DNA of 64,000 bases from a virus (taxonomy: Duplodnaviria > Caudoviricetes): IMG/VR virus record IMGVR_UViG_2838948833_000001, positions 1 to 64,000 of that record; one strand, given 5' to 3'. Position 1 is the stretch's first letter. The number at the start of each line of letters is the position of its first letter. This document shows positions 57,658 through 64,000 of the stretch, one piece after another. A model generated the notes under the pieces. It was not told where the DNA came from and made no database searches. It saw nothing but the letters and a program-made list of their open reading frames with translations. The translations under genes were made by a program, and so were the position numbers.

Positions 57658-60597
57658 TTAAAACATCCAAGGATTGAAATAAGCAACTCTCTCGTTGACA
57701 GAATAACCAAATACTCGGTTTACGCTACTTGTTGCATTATGGGCCATTAAAGCACCTTTATTAAACGTATGGAATATCTTTCCGTTGTTTATTTCATAAA
57801 CTAAAGCTTCTAATTCTTTAGATATATGTCCAGAATAATATCCTTTAAGTAATATTGATTTCATATCACCTAGTAAAATACCTAATACTGCTGTATTTCC
57901 AACATTTAGCTGTTCTGAGTTAGAAGTATCATTCCATTTTCGCCACTGACCGTCGTTACCTAAATAAACAACAGTAGGTTCAGATACATTTAATATTTTT
58001 TGACTGCTTAATATCTCTCCAGAACCTGAACCGTAGTCAGAATTACTTAATTGTCCATGAGCTTTTTCTTCATTAAACACACTTATTCCAGAACCATATT
58101 TGGAAACCCAATCTTCAGAACCTGTTCCAGAACCACCACCACTAATATTTTCTTGAATAAATTTCCAATTCGGAATATCCATGTCGCCAAATGAATGTTG
58201 TGTTTTATATGATTGAACATTCGAAAATTCTCCTTTACCGTCTGAAAACATCTCATACGCATTGCTACGTATAGAAGCTGACTTTCCATTTCCAATGATA
58301 AATAGTGGCGAATAATTATTGATTGTATTAGTTGTAGTGCTTAAAATAGGATCGTTATAACGTCCAGTTACAGTGCATCCGCGTTGGTTGTTTTGTAAAA
58401 AAGGACCTATTACGACTCCTTCCATTGCTGTATTTACAGAATATGGGCCTAAAGCTAAACCATACGTACCAGTATTAGCACTAAGCTCCCCAATAGCTAA
58501 ACCAGAATTCCCATCTGAATTAGCAGCTGTACCAATGCCTATTGCGTTGTATTTTGTTGCTCCACTACCTCTACCAATTGCAATTGCTCCATCACGAGTA
58601 GCAAGTGAATCATAATTTCTAATTCTTAAACCTCCTTGTGGTGTATGCTCCCAAATAGAATCAGCTCCTTGGGCTATTTTTAATACAACATAATCGGATA
58701 TTACTTTAGCTGTGACTGTTCTACTAACTGTAGCAGTACCTGTATTTAAATCTGCTAATGTAATCGCAGGATATGTAGTGTTTGTCGCTGATATTACATT
58801 ATTTGCACTGATTTGAATATTGGTACCAGCTGTTAAGGTTTGAGTAGAAAAACCTTGAGCGGCTACCCAATCTCTATCGGCAAACATTTTCCAAGAGTTC
58901 TCAGTATTTTCCCCATCAAAAGTTTTGTACCATAGTAAATCTTGACCTGATGCTTTATGTATATGAAAACCAGTTTGATTTGTATTATTAGATACTCGTT
59001 CCCAACGTATACCACCACCTACTGTACCATAAGGATACCCTATGTTACCTGCTAATGTTCTATATGCTAATAATCCTGTATCTTTCAATCGAGAAGTAGA
59101 ATCTTGATAATCTCTTAAAGCTAATGAATCTAGTCTTATATTATTACCATCACTGATACTAATACTCCCCATAGAATTACCTAAAGTTAATGTTTGAATT
59201 TGGTTAGGTAAATTACCTGTATGATATACTTCTTTCCAATTTGTATAACCACCGTTATGTTTAGTTCTTATAGCTAATCTCCCGCCATCATTAGTATTAT
59301 GGCCAATTTCATAATGCATTTGTAATGCCATATTGGAAGATGTACCTTGAAAATGTATTAATCCACCATAACCAAAAAAAGCTCCATTAGTTAACCAACC
59401 GCCTGTACCATAAGAAGCAACCATACCACCTGTTTTGTCATTAAACCAAGTATTTGCATCCGCACTAGTACCACCAACTGCTCTTGATGATAAATTATCA
59501 AAGTTCCAAAATTTACTTTTTGCCCAATTATTTAAAACTTTCGCATTCCATAATTGATTAACTGTTGATGTTCCTTCGTTAATTATTAAATCGTTACCTG
59601 CAGTATAGGTTGTGTCTGTTGTAACATATCCTTGGTCGTTTTGAAGTTGTGAAAGTTTTGTTAGATTTCTACTATGCCAAATTCTATTCCATGTAGAACC
59701 ATTAGTATCATTATTAACTCTAAAATACATTTCATTACCATCTAGAGTATTGTATATTTGACTAATGTAATTTATACTACCTGATTGAAAATATCTCTGA
59801 GATAAAAAACCACCTTGGTTAGTTGGTTTATTTGTCGACCCTGAGTGAACGTATGCCTCATATGAACCGATTAGATTATCATTTAAATTATGCGAACTTG
59901 ATGATAAACTTAGTGTTGCTTTTGGGTTATATACTAGATATAATCCCGCGTGATCTCCTCTGTCATAAGCTTGTTTCCATTGACTTGAATCACCGTGGAT
60001 TGAACTTCTAATGAAACCATCTCCAGAAAATACTGTTTGGTTATCTGTAATTTGACAACCTAATGGTCTTATAACAACTCCTACAGTTGATGAAGAACCT
60101 AAAGAATTATTTGCTAATATAGTTCCATGTTGTCCTTTAGATAAGAAAGTAACACCACTGTTGTTAATCATCTGAGTAGCAGTTGAGAAGTCTAATACTC
60201 CAGACATTGTATCTCCAATCTTCTTTACAAATGTATTATCATCTGTAAAGACAACACTAGCATTTGCAAGATCCGATTTTAGTATATATCTAAATCCTGG
60301 AGTTCCATTCATTGAAACGGGAGCCATGAATACTGTGCCTTGTAATTGGTTTTTTAAAGACACAACCAAACTGCGATTGTTATAATCTAAGCTTTCAGTA
60401 TTCAGGTTAAATATAGACGGAAATGCGATTGATAAGCCAGGGATATATGACTCCTTACTTGCTGTACTAATTGTACCAAGTTCACGTTTAAATAAATTGC
60501 CATCAGTTTGTACAATAGCAGAAAGACTACTATTTGAAATTGGCAAATTCTCAATAGTAGCTGTACCTTCTATTACTACATTATCGCCTATTTTCAT
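57658..60597 (-). CDS. Tail fibre/receptor-binding protein
   Basis: Repeated fibre knob units (MYFR...WNRIWHS, LAIR...WKEVYHTGN) and YadA-head-like AIAIG/AIGIG/LAIG/LALG repeats. Confidence 0.8.
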   Translation of the reverse strand: MKIGDNVVIEGTATIENLPISNSSLSAIVQTDGNLFKRELGTISTASKESYIPGLSIAFPSIFNLNTESLDYNNRSLVVSLKNQLQGTVFMAPVSMNGTPGFRYILKSDLANASVVFTDDNTFVKKIGDTMSGVLDFSTATQMINNSGVTFLSKGQHGTILANNSLGSSSTVGVVIRPLGCQITDNQTVFSGDGFIRSSIHGDSSQWKQAYDRGDHAGLYLVYNPKATLSLSSSSHNLNDNLIGSYEAYVHSGSTNKPTNQGGFLSQRYFQSGSINYISQIYNTLDGNEMYFRVNNDTNGSTWNRIWHSRNLTKLSQLQNDQGYVTTDTTYTAGNDLIINEGTSTVNQLWNAKVLNNWAKSKFWNFDNLSSRAVGGTSADANTWFNDKTGGMVASYGTGGWLTNGAFFGYGGLIHFQGTSSNMALQMHYEIGHNTNDGGRLAIRTKHNGGYTNWKEVYHTGNLPNQIQTLTLGNSMGSISISDGNNIRLDSLALRDYQDSTSRLKDTGLLAYRTLAGNIGYPYGTVGGGIRWERVSNNTNQTGFHIHKASGQDLLWYKTFDGENTENSWKMFADRDWVAAQGFSTQTLTAGTNIQISANNVISATNTTYPAITLADLNTGTATVSRTVTAKVISDYVVLKIAQGADSIWEHTPQGGLRIRNYDSLATRDGAIAIGRGSGATKYNAIGIGTAANSDGNSGLAIGELSANTGTYGLALGPYSVNTAMEGVVIGPFLQNNQRGCTVTGRYNDPILSTTTNTINNYSPLFIIGNGKSASIRSNAYEMFSDGKGEFSNVQSYKTQHSFGDMDIPNWKFIQENISGGGSGTGSEDWVSKYGSGISVFNEEKAHGQLSNSDYGSGSGEILSSQKILNVSEPTVVYLGNDGQWRKWNDTSNSEQLNVGNTAVLGILLGDMKSILLKGYYSGHISKELEALVYEINNGKIFHTFNKGALMAHNATSSVNRVFGYSVNERVAYFNPWMF

Positions 60598-60600
60598 CTA

Positions 60601-61803
60601 TTAACCTTTTGGAATGATTACTACCTTAACTTTATTTAAACCTGGAGGTCTTCCAAATGATACCAAAATTTGAGTATTACTAATAATTTGATAATCTACT
60701 AAGTATTTTATTTTAGCAGGCATTTCAAAAAAATCTGCAATTAAATCTTCTGTATTAAGTCCGTGTTCAATTGTAAACTTGTTATTTGTTGTGTCTCCAA
60801 AAACAACAACATATCCCTTATTTGCAGAAGCATCTACAACCGCTTTCACCTTTTCAGGCGTCATCATTGTAGTATTATCTTCACCTGCCAAAGCCTCTGC
60901 TGTAGTTGAAATCCTAGCAATACCTGTACGTGTTTCAGTAGCAGTTCTTGCAGATAATCCAGCAGGAGTAATTGCCTTATTGTTATTATTTCCTGCTTGA
61001 ACTTCTGCATTTGTTGCAAGCATAACCATACCAAGAATGGTAGTTGTTGCTTGATCTGCATTAGTTTGCAAGAAGATATAATCATTCGCGTTAGTATTGC
61101 TTGGATTGTCTTTGTTGGCTACGATTACATCACCAACTTGAAAAGGCACACCTTGAATAGAACCTGCTACCGTTACATACCAAAAATCAGCTTTCTTAGT
61201 ATTTGCTCCACCTGGGAAATTTGTATTTGTAGCAGCATCATAACCGCCTATCAATTTACCTAATCCAGCAATTGAAGCATCAACATAAGCCTTTACAGCC
61301 CCACTTGTTACAAGTGAAGTTCCATTGGCACCTGATAAGTCATTTGCATTTATAATTGGAATAGCAGAAGATACCCCAGTTCCTGTAGCAGCTCGTCCAA
61401 TTACAGTCATTGTTGGAATATCATTTATCTTCGCAAATGTGACATTCTTGTCTGTAATTTTAACCGTGGTTACAGCGCTATTAGCCAATTTAGCAGTCGT
61501 AACACCTAAGTCTTTAAGTCTAACAACACCACCACCGATTTCGATACCTGCATTATCTAAATTTAGGTTGATTGTTGCTACACCATCAGCTTGAGCAACA
61601 TTGATACCTCCGTCTGTGTTTTCTACTTTGTCTAGTGTGCCTAGTTTTACCCATTTGGTTCCCTCCCAATACTTAACTGCTTTTTCAGTAGTATTGTAAT
61701 ATATTTGGCTCTCAACAGGATTAGCTGGTGGTTGAGGGCGAGGATCTAGCGGCACATTAATTATTGCATGCTGATCTAAATTTAATACGTCTCCTATTCT
61801 CAT
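60601..61803 (-). CDS. Tail fibre-like structural protein
   Basis: VTTAKLANSAVTTVKI and ATETRTGIARISTTAE repeats; IEHGLNT. Confidence 0.75.
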   Translation of the reverse strand: MRIGDVLNLDQHAIINVPLDPRPQPPANPVESQIYYNTTEKAVKYWEGTKWVKLGTLDKVENTDGGINVAQADGVATINLNLDNAGIEIGGGVVRLKDLGVTTAKLANSAVTTVKITDKNVTFAKINDIPTMTVIGRAATGTGVSSAIPIINANDLSGANGTSLVTSGAVKAYVDASIAGLGKLIGGYDAATNTNFPGGANTKKADFWYVTVAGSIQGVPFQVGDVIVANKDNPSNTNANDYIFLQTNADQATTTILGMVMLATNAEVQAGNNNNKAITPAGLSARTATETRTGIARISTTAEALAGEDNTTMMTPEKVKAVVDASANKGYVVVFGDTTNNKFTIEHGLNTEDLIADFFEMPAKIKYLVDYQIISNTQILVSFGRPPGLNKVKVVIIPKG

Positions 61804-61805
61804 TC

Positions 61806-62237
61806 TTACTTGATTAATACAATTCCAGTTTGAGGCCTTCCGAACTTGACAATTATTGTATTTAAATCTTCTTCGTAATGTATAGTGGTTAAAACTTTTT
61901 CTGTTCCAATGATAGGGATTGCTTCTACGTATCGACCAAGGTTATGAGGTATAACTACCTCTGAAAGATTGCTAAACTGATACGTCTTTCCTCCTACGTC
62001 TTTTACTGTAGCGAACTTATCAACTCCATTTTCTCCATCATTAATCAAATCAGAAGTTTTCTTTGGCACTTCAAAGTCAATTTCAACTTCTTGCTTAATT
62101 ACTTCTGATAAACTCTTGACAGAAAAGGTCTTGGTTTGAAGAACTTTTTTATTAGCAGCATCAGTACCAATAAGATAGTCCTCAATCGTTACATTGTAAT
62201 CCTCTGGGTAAACATCCTTATTACTAATCTTTGCCAT
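61806..62237 (-). CDS. Structural protein, first gene of the late operon
   Basis: LIGTD...TKTF, PKKTSDLINDG, IPHNLGRY. Confidence 0.65.
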   Translation of the reverse strand: MAKISNKDVYPEDYNVTIEDYLIGTDAANKKVLQTKTFSVKSLSEVIKQEVEIDFEVPKKTSDLINDGENGVDKFATVKDVGGKTYQFSNLSEVVIPHNLGRYVEAIPIIGTEKVLTTIHYEEDLNTIIVKFGRPQTGIVLIK

Positions 62238-62261
62238 TATAAATAAAATCTATCGTAATCA

Positions 62262-62316
62262 ATTCAAAGATAGAAAAAAATTATACAATTGTCATATATT
62301 TGTTACGTAATGATTA
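62262..62316. promoter_or_regulatory. Late promoter class B back-to-back with the regulator promoter
   Basis: Minus strand TATCTTTG (62272-62265) and plus strand TATATTTG (62295-62302). Confidence 0.7.
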
Positions 62317-62338
62317 CACAAAACAGAAAAAAAACACC

Positions 62339-62917
62339 ATGAGCAAGAGAATAGAATTGATGATCAAACTTCCTCCATTGGCTAAAAAAAGAATGGAAAA
62401 CGACAAAACGAAAATTGTTGAGGCATTTTTTAAAGGGAATGAAGCAGAAGCCTATACGAAATTACAATTCGCTAGGATATACAAAGGGTATGATTTACTT
62501 GAGGACTTTGGATATGTTCGACATGCTATTCAAAGAAAGTACGATATCAGCGTAACGCTACTTGAAACTATCTTATACTTGGTTCCGAAAAACTACTTCA
62601 TGGTGGATGACCTAAGAGAAATTACTCAAATTCGCTACACCTATAAAAAAGTTGATACTTTAATCCGATTGGGGTATGTAACTCGCGCAGCTAAGGGAGG
62701 AAATAAAAATGAACACCTTTATACAGCAACAGCCAAAGCACGTCAAATTTGCCAAGAAATGCACGAAATGTTAGCAGGGGAGATTCCTATTCCAGAAGAA
62801 CTTTATAACACAAAAGAAGCTTCTAAAAGCGATTTAATAAAGGCTGAAATCATTAAAAAATTAAATAAAAAAGAAAAGCCCAAAACAGTGAAATTGCTTT
62901 GGGCTAGGAAAGCTTAA
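62339..62917 (+). CDS. Winged-helix protein, candidate late regulator
   Basis: LETILYL...KKVDTLIRLGYV...LYTATAKARQI; divergent from the late operon; ATG at 62339. Confidence 0.6.
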   Translation: MSKRIELMIKLPPLAKKRMENDKTKIVEAFFKGNEAEAYTKLQFARIYKGYDLLEDFGYVRHAIQRKYDISVTLLETILYLVPKNYFMVDDLREITQIRYTYKKVDTLIRLGYVTRAAKGGNKNEHLYTATAKARQICQEMHEMLAGEIPIPEELYNTKEASKSDLIKAEIIKKLNKKEKPKTVKLLWARKA

Positions 62918-63497
62918 TAGTGTATTCTACTGGCTTCATAAGACAATGAAATTTATCATTAATAACTAACTCTTGTCTATAGTTTTCATTGTTTTTATCC
63001 TTGAAATAAAAAACAATTTTACCTAATTTATTTTTTGACACCAAATTTCTTGATTTTATATCTGATAACTCAAAATCAATAGAGTGCCTAGTACTAAATA
63101 AAGTATGATCTATTTCGATTTCTATTAAAATAGTTGTTCCTACATTAACAATAGTGTTTTCATATATTAGATTAGAAATTATTCTATAATCATTATGTAA
63201 ATCAGTATCAAACTTGAAGTCTATTAGCAAATTATCTTCTACTTCTAGTTTTATTTCAGTTCGATAAACATTTCTAAAATTATTTGACATCATACCTGAA
63301 AAGTCAACTAACTTTAAAAAAGGTTTATTGTTATCTCTGAATTTTTTAATCTCAAGATTTGTTATCTTCTGCTGCTCAACTAATGTTTTATTTTGAGCCT
63401 TTAAAGTTCTCCATAAAAATACAATAGATACTATTGCGCCTAAGCTACTTATTGCTTGAATCCAATTAGGAACTATTTTCCAATCAATTTCACACAT
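62904..63497 (-). CDS. Membrane-anchored moron protein
   Basis: PNWIQAISSLGAIVSIVFLW N-terminal TM; low GC. Confidence 0.65.
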   Translation of the reverse strand: MCEIDWKIVPNWIQAISSLGAIVSIVFLWRTLKAQNKTLVEQQKITNLEIKKFRDNNKPFLKLVDFSGMMSNNFRNVYRTEIKLEVEDNLLIDFKFDTDLHNDYRIISNLIYENTIVNVGTTILIEIEIDHTLFSTRHSIDFELSDIKSRNLVSKNKLGKIVFYFKDKNNENYRQELVINDKFHCLMKPVEYTIKLS

Positions 63498-63506
63498 AGG
63501 ATAAAA

Positions 63507-63785
63507 TTATGAAGACACTGTGTTGATTACTGCTTCTTCTGGTGTTCTACCTATTTCATTCAAAAATAAACAATGAACACCACCTATATTAGTAGTCATC
63601 TGAACAGCTACTGATACTTGAAAAGGTTTGTCATCTCTATAACTAATTCCTTCTAATATACATTTTCTTACTTTATTATTTCCAAAACAAACATAATACG
63701 TTTCCCCAATAACTAAATCAAAAGTTTTTCTTAAACTAATATGTATAGGTTTTACATCTTTACTAACTTTAATTATTTTATGCAT
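63507..63785 (-). CDS. Hypothetical protein
   Basis: EIGRTPEEAV; co-oriented with the downstream gene. Confidence 0.6.
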   Translation of the reverse strand: MHKIIKVSKDVKPIHISLRKTFDLVIGETYYVCFGNNKVRKCILEGISYRDDKPFQVSVAVQMTTNIGGVHCLFLNEIGRTPEEAVINTVSS

Positions 63786-63966
63786 GTTATATATTTTTAT
63801 ACACGCAAGATAATCAAAAATAATAAAAGGTAAATCTAATTTGAATTAGTGTAAAAGTTAGGTTATTCTATTCCATTTTGAATAATCTAACTTATTAAAA
63901 AAATATTTATCTTTGATATGTAGTTACTGGTTTTCCATAAATAAGATAAGTTGCTAAAAATCAGTA

Positions 63967-64000
63967 AAAAAAAAGCACCAGACTTCGAAATATGGTGCTT
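63967..64000. terminator. Terminator-like hairpin at the window edge
   Basis: A-run, AAGCACCA...TGGTGCTT. Confidence 0.5.

Larger units (their letters stand above)
767..64000. mobile_element. Temperate prophage (Bacteroidota podovirus type), right end not in window
   Basis: att core, integrase, CI repressor, recombination/replication, terminase, portal, capsid, tail and lysis genes. Confidence 0.93.

Noticed and set aside
55964-62237. Diversity-generating retroelement or fibre invertase system
   Set aside because: No reverse transcriptase, template/variable repeat pair or invertase seen in the window

Overview
The window is AT-rich Bacteroidota DNA (TAnnTTTG promoters, no Shine-Dalgarno sites, Flavobacteriia-like proteins). 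Almost all of it is one temperate prophage. It starts at a 3' half tRNA-Arg(TCT) att core (767-813) and its right end lies beyond the window. From left to right: tyrosine integrase and HTH gene; a moron block with small paralogous ORFs, a KAP NTPase and a frameshifted membrane protein; a CI-like repressor; a rightward early operon (KilA-N antirepressor broken by an in-frame TGA, excisionase-like HTHs, RecT-like protein, YqaJ-like exonuclease, SSB, replication initiator with internal iterons, a C5 methyltransferase between two 2OG-Fe(II) oxygenase-like genes, an NdpA/YejK copy); a second moron block with a lipoprotein protoxin-like/immunity-like pair; and a leftward podovirus morphogenesis region of crAss-like/phi14:2-type layout (fibres, holin-amidase-spanin, tandem GroES, terminase, portal, capsid, split muzzle, ejection proteins, 2636-aa polyvalent protein). 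All family calls come from motif recognition by eye, not database searches.
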